The notes under the pieces are model-generated. The model ran no database searches and was not told the origin of the DNA. It was given only the letters and a program-made list of their open reading frames with translations. This document shows positions 48,540 through 58,373 of a stretch of DNA of 64,000 nt, one piece after another. The stretch is from Chloroflexota bacterium (GTDB lineage Bacteria; Chloroflexota; Anaerolineae; Aggregatilineales; Phototrophicaceae), in assembly GCA_011523705.1 (NCBI GenBank), contig WTGC01000045.1:11508-75507 (forward strand), read 5' to 3'. The position numbers and the translations under genes were made by a program. Positions within the stretch are counted from its first letter, which is position 1. Every line of letters begins with the position of its first letter.

Positions 48540-49301
48540 CTAGACGAACCAGGCGCCGCCGTTGATTTCGGCTACTTGGCCCGTAACCCACTTACCTAGA
48601 TCCGATACGAAATACAAGACGGCGCCGGCTACATCAGGCGGCAGCCCTGCTTCACCAAGTGGAATGCCGCTGATGATTCCCGCGTAATTTTCCAGCCCGG
48701 TGAAGGTTTCGTGGAAGGGCGTTTCGGCGATGAAGCCGGGCGCGAGCGCATTAACCGTAATCTTCCGCGGCGCAAGCTCTTTGGCAAGCCCGCGCGTCAG
48801 TCCGATAACTCCAGCTTTTGACGCAGCATATGGGACAGTACCGTTGCCACCGCCATTCCGCGCAGCCATGGACGACATATTCACGATCCGGCCGCCGTCC
48901 GGCATGCTCTTCAGGGCTTCCCGCGTACAGTAGAAGGCGCTCGACAGGTTCACATCGATGACGCGGTGCCAGTGTTCGTCTGACATACCGTCGGTCGTCA
49001 CACGATTCACGAGGTGCCCCGCGTTGTTGACCAGTATGTCAATTTTGCCATTCATTGATACAGCGGCTTTCGAAACCACTGTCGCTACTTGGTCGCTGTC
49101 GGTCGCGTCCAATTGAAACATCTTCGCCTGACAAGCAAGAGCTTTCAAGTCCTTCAAGGTATCAACCGCTGCGTTTTCGTGCGAGAAATATGTGATACTC
49201 AACTGCGCGCCACATTTTGCGAGCGCTTTGGCGATGGCGGCGCCAATTCCAACGTTTCCGCCGGTCACCAATGCCGTCTTACCATCAAGATTGATCTGCA
49301 T
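48540..49301 (-). CDS. short-chain dehydrogenase/reductase (KduD/FabG-like)
   Basis: ATG at 49301. Contains TGGNVGIG, NNAG and YAASK motifs. Confidence 0.85.
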   Translation of the reverse strand: MQINLDGKTALVTGGNVGIGAAIAKALAKCGAQLSITYFSHENAAVDTLKDLKALACQAKMFQLDATDSDQVATVVSKAAVSMNGKIDILVNNAGHLVNRVTTDGMSDEHWHRVIDVNLSSAFYCTREALKSMPDGGRIVNMSSMAARNGGGNGTVPYAASKAGVIGLTRGLAKELAPRKITVNALAPGFIAETPFHETFTGLENYAGIISGIPLGEAGLPPDVAGAVLYFVSDLGKWVTGQVAEINGGAWFV

Positions 49302-49313
49302 ACGCCAGTCCTT

Positions 49314-49383
49314 GTTTGATAATATCAAACTGAGTATATCATTATCGTACGTTGATTTTAGACATCGCCACGTGGGTTGTCAA
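49314..49383 (-). promoter_or_regulatory. near-consensus sigma70 promoter plus 17-bp perfect palindrome operator upstream of the SDR-lyase-GH88 operon
   Basis: On the minus strand: TTGACA (49383-49378), 17-nt spacer, TAAAAT (49360-49355). GTTTGATA-A-TATCAAAC (49314-49330) lies between the promoter and the AAGGA RBS. Confidence 0.5.
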
Positions 49384-49976
49384 GGTCGCTGTGAATTCTG
49401 CTTTATCTGTATGTATTTCTATTGTATGAGTGCGGTATGCCTATCTTACGGAAACATAGGCGGGGCTAGACCTTCCAGAAGCCATAAAACTTCAAGGCAA
49501 TTGATCACCGGGAGCGGCGATAGCTTATGTGTCCTATCCGTAATTGTCCAACTCTTGCCCAGTTTAACCCGCCGCAGAAGACTGGCGCATCAGCGAGCAA
49601 TACCGGTCTGCGGGCTGATGAAGACAGTGTATTGCGTGTGGCCAGAATCTCTGTCGCGGCCACGGCAGAGTGCATCCGATAACCGTACACAATGGCGGTT
49701 TTGCTTACTATTCTTGGTAAGCGCAATGACTGACGTAAAGCCGTACCAAAAGCCGCCGGCAATGACATGATGGCATGAAGAGAATAATTGAAGTGGGGGC
49801 CCAACAATAGTTGGCGCTGTGTTCGGTGCGATATCGGAGGAGTTCGGCGGTGCAATCGCAAGTGCAAAATTCTTGCGGCGTGGTTGGGTTCACTGTTGAG
49901 GCATAGAGGTTTCGCTTGTGACAGGTATTGACCTGTTGTACATTAGCGCCGGATTTCGAGGCGAAAGTATGGGGCA

Positions 49977-50864
49977 ATGAAAGCAGACGATTATCAAATG
50001 AGCAAAGTCTTTCTCGGCGGTGGAGATGTCCAATACGTCCTGCCCATCTTCCAGCGAGAAAACGCATGGGAGCAGCCAGATTGGCAGACCCTCATGGACG
50101 ACGTTATTGATACCTATCAGGCCAGCGATGACTCGCGCCACGAACACTTTCTGGGCTCGCTGGTTGTCGGAGACTATCAACAGGTTCTTTGAAGGCGACA
50201 GCCAACTGGCAGCTGCGGGAACCGTGGAACACATTATGCCGCAGATTTTGAGCGCAGAATGGCGGGCGCATCTCGGAGAAACTTGGCAGGATACACATCG
50301 GGAGCTACTTCATACTATCGGCAATCTGACAATCGTCACGCAAAAATGGAATGGGTTGAAGCTCTCAAACAAGCCGTTTTCGCACAATCGCGATGCGCTG
50401 AGCAAACATGGTATTCATCTCAATTCCACTTATTTCGATGGTAAGGTCACGACTTGGAACGCGGACGCAATTCGAGCGCGGACGAACTATCTTGCCGACA
50501 GAATCATCGATGTATGGCCCGCGTTTGCTGCGCAGGAGCCCAAGGGGGAGTCAAAGGAAAAACGCCACAAACGCTGACGGTGCGCGACAAAAGATTCGCC
50601 GTTTACAGTTGGCGTGGCATGGCTCTGGAAATGGTCAACAGACTGCACGATCTTCTGTTACTCTGTGACTTGGAGCGGGCACTTCTCGAATTCGAGTGGT
50701 GGATTACGCAAGATCCGGGCGGGTCAGAGAAGTATTATAAGCAGTCGTCAGATGGCTGGTGGATTCAGCAGAATCTGAGCGCCGAAGACTCCGTTTACTT
50801 CTGCGGAAAGTTGGCCGAGTTCTGTGATTTGGGCGACGATGAATGGAGTTTCACATACGAATAG
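49977..50864 (+). pseudogene. GmrSD-like (DUF262/DUF1524) type IV restriction enzyme remnant
   Basis: There are three fragments in different frames. The first is a DUF262-type N-terminus YVLPIFQRENAWEQPDWQTLMDDV...FLGSLVV, ending at 50192. The second is a DUF1524/HNH-like part TVEHIMPQ...HTIGNLTIVTQKWNGLKLSNKPF (to 50577). The third is a C-terminal part (to 50864). Several hundred aa between the first two are missing. Confidence 0.65.
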
Positions 50865-51033
50865 TCGCCTCACTCTCGTGGCTTCCGCTCCGTGATCTCC
50901 GCATATTCGTGTAAACTCGCCACGCGCTCACCGACAGCTTGCACCGCCTAACGAATTTCAACGGTTCAAATCAGGTAGGCGGAGCTGCACTATGTTCAAG
51001 TGTGCGCAGTCGGCAATGTGGCGGTAACTGAGG

Positions 51034-54000
51034 CTACTCGCGATCAACCGCCATCCAGGCGATTAATTGAATCTCATCTTGATCAATCGGCGGCAGGGCA
51101 TCCGGCGCGCGGAAAGGTTGCAGCCCGAGTTCCCGAACTTTTTCGATAATCGCTGCAGAGACCGCCAGGCGATCATCGCTATCCGGCTTGAATGCCTCGC
51201 GGATCGAATTCTCCATTCTCCTTGAAAGCGGCGCTTCGAGCGACTCGACAATCGCGTTGAGGTTTTCCAGCGTCACATCCGGTGGCGGATTGGTCCGCAA
51301 GTGTTGTGCCGCCCGGCGAAGCAGTGAACTGACTTTGGGCTGTACATTTGCCGGATCGGTGAAGAATGTCCATTCCGCGTGTATATGGTCGCGCGCCTTG
51401 TCCCAGGCGGCATAGGCGCCCAAGCGCATATCTTCCGGTAAATGGCGCTCAGTGTTGGGTTCACAAGTGACGAGACGCAAGCAGCCCAAGCGATCACTGA
51501 TGATGTCCCCGCAATCAGCGGGAACAAAGCGCAGATACGGTGTGTCGCCGATCCTGGCGCAAAAAAAGTGGCCTCTGCGCTGACCTTTGAAGCCGGAGCC
51601 GGCTGCCCATGGGAGCGAAGTGAGTTCTTCACCGTAGTCATCTAGTCCTTGGCGGAGCTCTTGGCGATATTCTTCGCCAGAGTAGGCGTTTGCGCCCTCG
51701 CCGTTATTCTCCAGCAGGCCAGCCTCTTCGCGCCTGAGCGCATCAATTTGCTCGCGGGTTTCCGTGAAGACTCGCTGACTGACGGCGCCCTCGGGGATGA
51801 CCTCGTCTTCAACACCGATGGACCTGGCAGCCTGCTCCAGCTTGGCGCGAATGCGTTCTTCGAGCGAGAGCAAGGCATCCAACTCGCGATCGGGGAAGAA
51901 ACAGCGAATGAAAACATCGAGGTGGGGACTGCCAATTCGGTTTATGCGGCCGTTCCGCTGGACCAGACGCATGGGATTCCATGGCAAATCGTAGTTGATG
52001 ATGTGCCGGCATTGCTGAAGGTTCTCGCCTTCGGCGAGCACGTCGGTAGTGATCAAGATATCGAAGCGATCGGACTGATTCGGCGCGTGCGTTGAGCGCG
52101 GCACAAATCCAAATACAGCGTCGCGGCGGTTGATTTTGTGCTGCTGCTCGCTCGACGACACCGAGACAACACGCCCGCTATAAGCCGCCAAGCGAGGATC
52201 GGTTTCGACCGCGCCGAAGAGAAACTTCTCAATCCAGCCGACGGTATCGGAAAAGTAGCAGAAGATGACGACCTTTCGTTTATCCACACTCTCCTGTTCG
52301 TTGATGGCTTCCCGTTCCGCTTCGGCGGCGATTTCCGCAAGTTCCTCAACCAGCTGTTCCAATTTGGGATCGTTCTCGCGCTGCACTTGAAATGCTCTCT
52401 CTGACAAGCGGCGCAATATGTCCCGATCCAGCTCGATATCGCGGCGCAGATCCGCCTCTCGGTACAGCTCAATCGGTTCCGAGCCGGCGACTGCCAATAG
52501 TTCTTCCAGCGCTTCATCATTATCGATTTCGCCCCAGTCACCCAGCGCTTTGGAGTTGGGGACAACACCCCGGTCCATCGCAGCCAGGAATTGGTCGTGC
52601 GAATCCGCCATGCGCTTGGCTGTGCGGGCAAAGGCATTTACCGAAGACTCGAAACGCTTGAGCAGGCCGGAGCGGAGCAGGCCGACCAAGGCGGCTTCCC
52701 GCTGATTGATTTCCGGGTCGGGTTCATGCCGGTAGCGCGATGGCCAGTAACGAGCCAAGGTCAGTTTCGGATCGCCTTCAACGGGCGCCAACGCCTCTGC
52801 GAAGTCATCGAAAAAGCCTGGCAGCACCGCATCCAGGCTGTACTCCACTTGTTTGACTTTGGGTTCGGGAAAACGAATGACCTGGCCACCCATGCCTGGG
52901 ATCGGTTCGTTGGGATAATACTTCTTGATGAAGTGGCGGGTGCGCCGGACTGTCGTCTCGTCCAGCACATCGAATAGCGTATCGGGTCGCAAGTCGGAAG
53001 GGTTTTGGTCCGTGGCGGACTTAAAGCGCCCCCGAAGCGACCGTATGCCCTGGCTCGCGAAGGCGGCATCGTGCCCGACAAAATAGGACAGCAGGTTGTA
53101 CAAATCCCAGAGCGAATTATTGACCGGCGTGGCGGTCATCAGCACCAGTTTCTTTGGCGGATGCCCCTGCAGCATCCGGCGCAAGGCGCGCACATAAGTC
53201 GTATCCGGATTGCGCAGGGCGTGCGCTTCGTCAATGACGATCATCTGGTAGTCATTGACGGGGAAGCGCAGGTTCGTATTGCCGCTGCCGCCGAGCGCGG
53301 GCAATTCAGCAAACTCTTGATAGGACAGCGCCTCGAATTGCATACTGTACTGATTCTTGAACCAGTCCCAGGCGCCATCGCGCAGAACGGCGGGCGCGAT
53401 CAGAAGCACGCGCTGACGCTGTTCATAGACGATATCACGGATGAGTTCGCCGCCGATGAAGGTTTTGCCCAAGCCGACGCCATCAGCGATGATCACGCCA
53501 TTGTAGTTTTCAAGAATGCGGCGGGCGCGGAATAAGCCATCATTCTGAAAGCTGGTCAGCTCCAACTCATTCGCTTTCTTGGCCGCCTGTTCTTGACGCA
53601 GCTCGTCACCGTAGAGTTCATACAGCACACGCAAGTAAATCAGGTAGGGGTCATAAGGCAAGAAGCGCGCTTCATAGATGGCCGCCAGATCGTAGTCTTC
53701 CGATTCTGCCCACAGCTCTTCAAACCAGGCGGCGACTTGATTGACCACGCGCGGTTCATAATGCCCGAGATTGAGTTCTCGGTTTGATGTGAGCCCGGCA
53801 GGCGTCAGGTTCGACGAGCCGGCGATGACGCCTTCTCCCTCGCCCTCATGGCCACTGAAGAGATAGGCTTTGCCGTGCAAGAAGCCATGACTGTAGCGGC
53901 GCACTTCGATCTTGTCAGAGGCGAGGAAGTCGAGCAGCTTCTGAATGGTCTCATCCACTTCTTGCGAGAAGCCGAGGATATCACGGTCTTCACGCAGGCC

Positions 54001-54318
54001 GCTCTCCACCGCTTTGAGCGCGGCATTGATGCGCTGCGCCTGATATGCCGGTCCGCGTTTGTCGCCTGGTTTGCGGCGCGGGATTTTCGGCGGAGCAGTC
54101 GGTTCGGCGCCGAGCAGGAGACGCACACCTTTGGTCTCTCGCAGTTGATCAGCCAGCAGGGCGAGAGCAGCGGGGTGGAAATAACCGGTGGCGATATCGA
54201 CGGATACCGGCTCTTTGTAGGTATCGGCGAGCCAGTTCAGATGACCGCGCAGCGCCGCCACCATCTCGCGGCCTTCGCGGTTGTCGATGAATTCGGGGCG
54301 ATTGAAGTTGTCGCTCAC
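51034..54318 (-). CDS. HKD (phospholipase-D-like) nuclease domain fused to SNF2-family helicase/translocase
   Basis: The GTG start overlaps the upstream TGA (GTGA). Single HKD motif FLHGKAYLF...IAGSSNLT (53809-53877). Helicase motifs ADGVGLGKT (53461-53481), VIDEAH (53221-53232), LMTATPVNN and helicase-C PWNPMRLVQRNGRINRIGS. The roughly 290-aa C-terminal region has no motif I recognise. Confidence 0.9.
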   Translation of the reverse strand: MSDNFNRPEFIDNREGREMVAALRGHLNWLADTYKEPVSVDIATGYFHPAALALLADQLRETKGVRLLLGAEPTAPPKIPRRKPGDKRGPAYQAQRINAALKAVESGLREDRDILGFSQEVDETIQKLLDFLASDKIEVRRYSHGFLHGKAYLFSGHEGEGEGVIAGSSNLTPAGLTSNRELNLGHYEPRVVNQVAAWFEELWAESEDYDLAAIYEARFLPYDPYLIYLRVLYELYGDELRQEQAAKKANELELTSFQNDGLFRARRILENYNGVIIADGVGLGKTFIGGELIRDIVYEQRQRVLLIAPAVLRDGAWDWFKNQYSMQFEALSYQEFAELPALGGSGNTNLRFPVNDYQMIVIDEAHALRNPDTTYVRALRRMLQGHPPKKLVLMTATPVNNSLWDLYNLLSYFVGHDAAFASQGIRSLRGRFKSATDQNPSDLRPDTLFDVLDETTVRRTRHFIKKYYPNEPIPGMGGQVIRFPEPKVKQVEYSLDAVLPGFFDDFAEALAPVEGDPKLTLARYWPSRYRHEPDPEINQREAALVGLLRSGLLKRFESSVNAFARTAKRMADSHDQFLAAMDRGVVPNSKALGDWGEIDNDEALEELLAVAGSEPIELYREADLRRDIELDRDILRRLSERAFQVQRENDPKLEQLVEELAEIAAEAEREAINEQESVDKRKVVIFCYFSDTVGWIEKFLFGAVETDPRLAAYSGRVVSVSSSEQQHKINRRDAVFGFVPRSTHAPNQSDRFDILITTDVLAEGENLQQCRHIINYDLPWNPMRLVQRNGRINRIGSPHLDVFIRCFFPDRELDALLSLEERIRAKLEQAARSIGVEDEVIPEGAVSQRVFTETREQIDALRREEAGLLENNGEGANAYSGEEYRQELRQGLDDYGEELTSLPWAAGSGFKGQRRGHFFCARIGDTPYLRFVPADCGDIISDRLGCLRLVTCEPNTERHLPEDMRLGAYAAWDKARDHIHAEWTFFTDPANVQPKVSSLLRRAAQHLRTNPPPDVTLENLNAIVESLEAPLSRRMENSIREAFKPDSDDRLAVSAAIIEKVRELGLQPFRAPDALPPIDQDEIQLIAWMAVDRE

Positions 54319-57300
54319 AGCCGCGCCTCCCAGTCGTGGAAGTGTTCCAGCACGGCGTTGAGCCGCTCGTGATAATCCCAGCCGAGATGGAAAGTGGCGA
54401 AGATATGCGTCAGCTGATCGGCGTTGAGGCCGTAAAGATGGGCGACTACGGCATCCAGCTCGAAGATCATGTCGTCTTTGGCGTCGTCGTCGAGGGGCCC
54501 GTGGTCGACGCCGACGGCAGCCGCCCAGTCGGCGTAATCCTCGTTGACCGCCGCAAGTCTGCCGGACAGAGCCACCATCCGCCGCCAGAGGGGGTTCTCG
54601 CGGGCAGGCCGAGGCACGGGAAGCGCGTTGACAATGTGTGGGTCCATATTTAGTTCTACAAAACGACGAGCATACCAGTCAAACGGCTTTGAGGACATAA
54701 TACCAAGCAGGTATGCCTCAAACTTTTCGTCACCGTTTCGTACAAGAATCAGTTGCGCACCATGCTGTGCGATCACGTTTGGTGGAATCAGCGCTACGAT
54801 TGTTGTGCGAGTATTGGTGCGATTTGTAATTTGCCTATATGCAATTCTCGGTTTGCACGCAGGGTAAGTGCGAGCATTCTTTGCCCATGTTTTGCTCATT
54901 CTGTAGAATGCCGACGTCTTGTATCTGATTCCACGCATTCTCTTTTTCAATAGGCGTTTGAATACAGTCTGTGGTTTTGCCCAAGCATAGTAGGTATCTG
55001 CGCCCTTATCGGGTTCCCAGATATCGAATGACTTGCCTGCAAAGACTGGCCACCAACCATCTTCAGGCTCGTCAGAATCTTCCATATATTTCTTATCGTT
55101 TTTCGCATGTAGGTCAATGTAGACCCGCACATAACATCCTGCCTCGTCAACCTCGTCGAAGTTGGGCGATAAACTCATCTGAACCATCGCTGGTAAAGAG
55201 TTCGTTTCAGGGAGAAGCGGAACGGTTGCAGCTTCAGTCCAACCGTATAGAGTTTCCAGCTCTAACTCAATCGCTTCGTTGCGCAAAACATCACAATAGT
55301 GAGCGTAGCTAGAACAAGGGCCTGCCCGCAAAGGAATGATACTGTGAGACTGTGATCTGGTCTTCTGAACTGCAACTAGCGCCATTGTGTATCGGTGTTC
55401 GGCATCGTCGAAAACCCATCCCCCGGAGTTCAGGAGAAAAGTCAAGTCTCTTACGGTCCCTTTGTCGAAAATTGTTTTCCGAAAACTCGCAGTCCCTTTG
55501 GTAGCGAATGCGGAACGAGGCAACACCACACCTAATCGTCCGTGAGGCCTATTGACCAAGTCCCAGAATCGCCAAACAAAGCCCTTGTAAAGATCAGGAT
55601 CGCCTTTACCCATTCCTGGGAACGGGCCAGTTACCAGAACATTCCGCACCAAGTCTGTTTCGGCAAGCTCCTGTACCATTCGACTCACTAAGTCAGGACG
55701 CTGATCACGCTGCTGTGAAATAATCCGATTGCGTACACTTGCGCTCTTTCCATGTAAGCCGGGCGTGTACCGTGCCCAAAAGCGATGTTCTTCTAGTTTC
55801 GCCTTTTCCCAGGGTGGATTCCCCAGAATCACATCAAAGCCGGCCCGCTCGCGCAGGAAGACCTGCGGGAAGGCGATGGGGAAGTGGAAGGGCGGTGTCG
55901 CTTTCAGCGCATTCTTCGCCACTTTGTGCGGCACTGAGTTGGACAGTTGATGCCGCGCTTCCGCAGCGATCCAATTGACCAGCTCACCCTCGTTGAGCTG
56001 TTTCTGTAAGTCCACCTCCAAACGCGATGCCGTCAGAATATCGAAGAGCGCCGAAGTTGGCGCCAGCAACTCGCGCGCCGCCTCGTAGGCAGCACGAGCC
56101 TCTTTGATCTGCGACGCGTCAGCATCCGCCAGCCGCGCAATTCTGTCCAATTGCTCTTGGGCGTCACCGAGCAAGCTCATGGCGTTGAAGGTCCAGAGTG
56201 GATAACCCTCGGCGAGAATGTCTTTGGCTTCCTGAATGGTGGCGATGCCGACGAGAGAGTTACCGCAGACAAGATTGTAATCAAGCAAGGACAGCGGTAG
56301 ACCGGGCACGAAGGTATGCACCCAGATCGAAAGCCGCGCCAACTCGACCGCCAGCGGGTTGAGATCGACGCCGTAGACGCAGCGCCGCGCGATCTGTCGG
56401 CGCAGCAGTTGCGTGTCATCAAATGTTTGGCTTTCGCCATAGTCCGCCAGGATTTCAAGCGCGTGTTCGCGCAGCCGCGCCAGCTCGTTGGTCACATCGG
56501 GTATGGGACTGTCTGCCAGATATGTCGAAAAGCGCTTCTCGATCCGGTCGATGGCGGCGACCAGGAAATGCCCCGAGCCCATGGCGATATCAGCGACGCG
56601 GAAGTCGAAGAAATCGTCGCTGGTGGCGCTTTCGCCGAGCTCCTTCAGACGTGCCAGGTGGTCATCCAACGCCGGCTCCAACGCGTGATTCAGCAGGTGC
56701 TCAACGGCGAAGCTCTTGGTGTAGTAGGAGCCGGTCGCCTTGCGCTTGCCAGAGGCGTTGTGCAAGTAGATCTCGCCTTCGCGGACAACGATGCGACTTT
56801 CGCGTGTCTCCGGCACGTACAAGCCGTCTTTGCCCAAACCGAGATCAGTCTGCGCCAGCGAAAGCTCACTCTGCAGCAAACCTTCGTAGATGGTGCCGAA
56901 CTCCCGAACGCTCAAGCTGCGGAAATCAACAGGTCCAGGTATTCCGTCAAGCGTCTCGTCAATCAACAGTTTGTTCAGGATGGGTCCGAATTGCTTGTCG
57001 CTCAGTGAGATGTCCTTGATGGCTGCGCCAACGGGCGCGTTAGCCGGATCGGAATCGAATAAGCCACCGTTGTAGGGCGGAATGCCCAAACCGTGGTTGC
57101 CACGGTCAATGGCGCCGAACAGATCCTTCACGCGATTCCACAGCAATGGAGCATCGTCAAAGGGCGTCCGTTTCCGCTCTCTTTCGAGCAACTGTTGCGC
57201 TCTCAAGTTGAGCGAGTAGTCTTCGTATTCATTATTCGTCCGATATGGCAGCAAATTCTTGTCTTCGGCATAGGCGATGAAGAGCAGCCGGAACAATACC

Positions 57301-58373
57301 GTCAGCGCCATCTGATAAGTAAGATCAAGCGCCTCCCTGTCTGCGGCGATCATGCCGCGCGATTCGGCGATGGACTCCGCTAGACCCGGAATAACGTCTT
57401 CGTAGATCCGATTGCGCAGGCGGGTACCGAGGTCAGTGGCGTATTGGCGCGAATCGGCGAGCACTTCGCTGAACGTGCCGTTGGGTTTGAGGGCGTCCGC
57501 GGAGAACAAGAGCCATAAGTAGCCAATTTCGTCGTCCGATAGCAGATCGGGGTGCAATTGGATGAAGGTCTCGCTGCGCCCGCGCTGGCCGACGCCGACG
57601 CCGGTATCCGCCGGGTAGAGACGGATTGCATCATCAGTAGCGGCAATGACGTAAGGCAGCGAATCGTTATCGGCGCGCGCCAGGGCGGCTTCGATGGGAC
57701 TGCGATTGCCAAAGCGTTCGCTGCGGCTATTGACAGTCTCGCCCTGGTTGAGGAATACGGCGATCGCCAGCGCTTTGTCGGCGGCTCGCAGCGCCCACAG
57801 ATTGCCGGTAAGTCTTTCGATGTTGTATCCCAGCTTTTGCAGCAGCGGCCGTTTGCGCTGTCGCCGTAAGGGTCTGCTTCGGCGAACGGATTCCCGCCAG
57901 TCAAGGCGTTGGACGACGCCGTACTCAAGCTCGTGCGTCGCCAGCAGACCTTGATTGAGCACGCCTAGTATTTTGTCACTTGCCTCAGGCAGTGTGTCTT
58001 GGAGAAAACCCAAGGCAGCGTGACGGTCCGGCAGTGCTAGGGCGGATCGACTGATGCGTTCTGCCTTTTCAGCTTCCATGGGCGGGTAAACCGGCAGCTT
58101 CTTCGTATGCGCTGGCGCTACCGGTCCGCAGATTGAAACATTCGCTTGGTCGGGATGCAATGCGACTACGAGGATCGGACTTGCTCGGCCCTCAGATCGC
58201 TTGGTCCATGCGGCGCGCAGGTTTGTTGCCGTTGGGCGCTTATCGGCTTGTACGACGACAACTTCAAGCGGGTTCGGTCCGTCGCCAAACGTGATGCCGA
58301 TTGGGTCGAATTCAATCTCACTCGAATACGTCGGCGGCAGCGCGCGTAATTCCAAGTCTGAAAGAAAGACCAT
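54315..58373 (-). CDS. large gamma-class N6-adenine DNA methyltransferase with specificity domain (MmeI/Eco57I/BREX-PglX-like architecture)
   Basis: ATG at 58373 (GAGG 10 nt upstream); the track start is TTG 58379. Helical FRLLFIAYAED and NGGLF segments, then GSYYTK, motif I DIAMGSGHFL (56562-56591), CGNSLVG, a long helical insert, motif IV NPPW (55809-55820), and a roughly 490-aa TRD-like C-terminus. The first 340 aa or so have no recognisable nuclease triad. Confidence 0.9.
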   Translation of the reverse strand: MVFLSDLELRALPPTYSSEIEFDPIGITFGDGPNPLEVVVVQADKRPTATNLRAAWTKRSEGRASPILVVALHPDQANVSICGPVAPAHTKKLPVYPPMEAEKAERISRSALALPDRHAALGFLQDTLPEASDKILGVLNQGLLATHELEYGVVQRLDWRESVRRSRPLRRQRKRPLLQKLGYNIERLTGNLWALRAADKALAIAVFLNQGETVNSRSERFGNRSPIEAALARADNDSLPYVIAATDDAIRLYPADTGVGVGQRGRSETFIQLHPDLLSDDEIGYLWLLFSADALKPNGTFSEVLADSRQYATDLGTRLRNRIYEDVIPGLAESIAESRGMIAADREALDLTYQMALTVLFRLLFIAYAEDKNLLPYRTNNEYEDYSLNLRAQQLLERERKRTPFDDAPLLWNRVKDLFGAIDRGNHGLGIPPYNGGLFDSDPANAPVGAAIKDISLSDKQFGPILNKLLIDETLDGIPGPVDFRSLSVREFGTIYEGLLQSELSLAQTDLGLGKDGLYVPETRESRIVVREGEIYLHNASGKRKATGSYYTKSFAVEHLLNHALEPALDDHLARLKELGESATSDDFFDFRVADIAMGSGHFLVAAIDRIEKRFSTYLADSPIPDVTNELARLREHALEILADYGESQTFDDTQLLRRQIARRCVYGVDLNPLAVELARLSIWVHTFVPGLPLSLLDYNLVCGNSLVGIATIQEAKDILAEGYPLWTFNAMSLLGDAQEQLDRIARLADADASQIKEARAAYEAARELLAPTSALFDILTASRLEVDLQKQLNEGELVNWIAAEARHQLSNSVPHKVAKNALKATPPFHFPIAFPQVFLRERAGFDVILGNPPWEKAKLEEHRFWARYTPGLHGKSASVRNRIISQQRDQRPDLVSRMVQELAETDLVRNVLVTGPFPGMGKGDPDLYKGFVWRFWDLVNRPHGRLGVVLPRSAFATKGTASFRKTIFDKGTVRDLTFLLNSGGWVFDDAEHRYTMALVAVQKTRSQSHSIIPLRAGPCSSYAHYCDVLRNEAIELELETLYGWTEAATVPLLPETNSLPAMVQMSLSPNFDEVDEAGCYVRVYIDLHAKNDKKYMEDSDEPEDGWWPVFAGKSFDIWEPDKGADTYYAWAKPQTVFKRLLKKRMRGIRYKTSAFYRMSKTWAKNARTYPACKPRIAYRQITNRTNTRTTIVALIPPNVIAQHGAQLILVRNGDEKFEAYLLGIMSSKPFDWYARRFVELNMDPHIVNALPVPRPARENPLWRRMVALSGRLAAVNEDYADWAAAVGVDHGPLDDDAKDDMIFELDAVVAHLYGLNADQLTHIFATFHLGWDYHERLNAVLEHFHDWEARL

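Noticed and set aside
50940-50990. GGTTCAAATC, a T-loop-like string suggesting a tRNA or att site downstream of the helicase gene
   Set aside because: I could not fold the surrounding sequence into a cloverleaf, as there is no acceptor or anticodon stem. It is more simply part of a 7-bp-stem hairpin (CCGCCTA...TAGGCGG).
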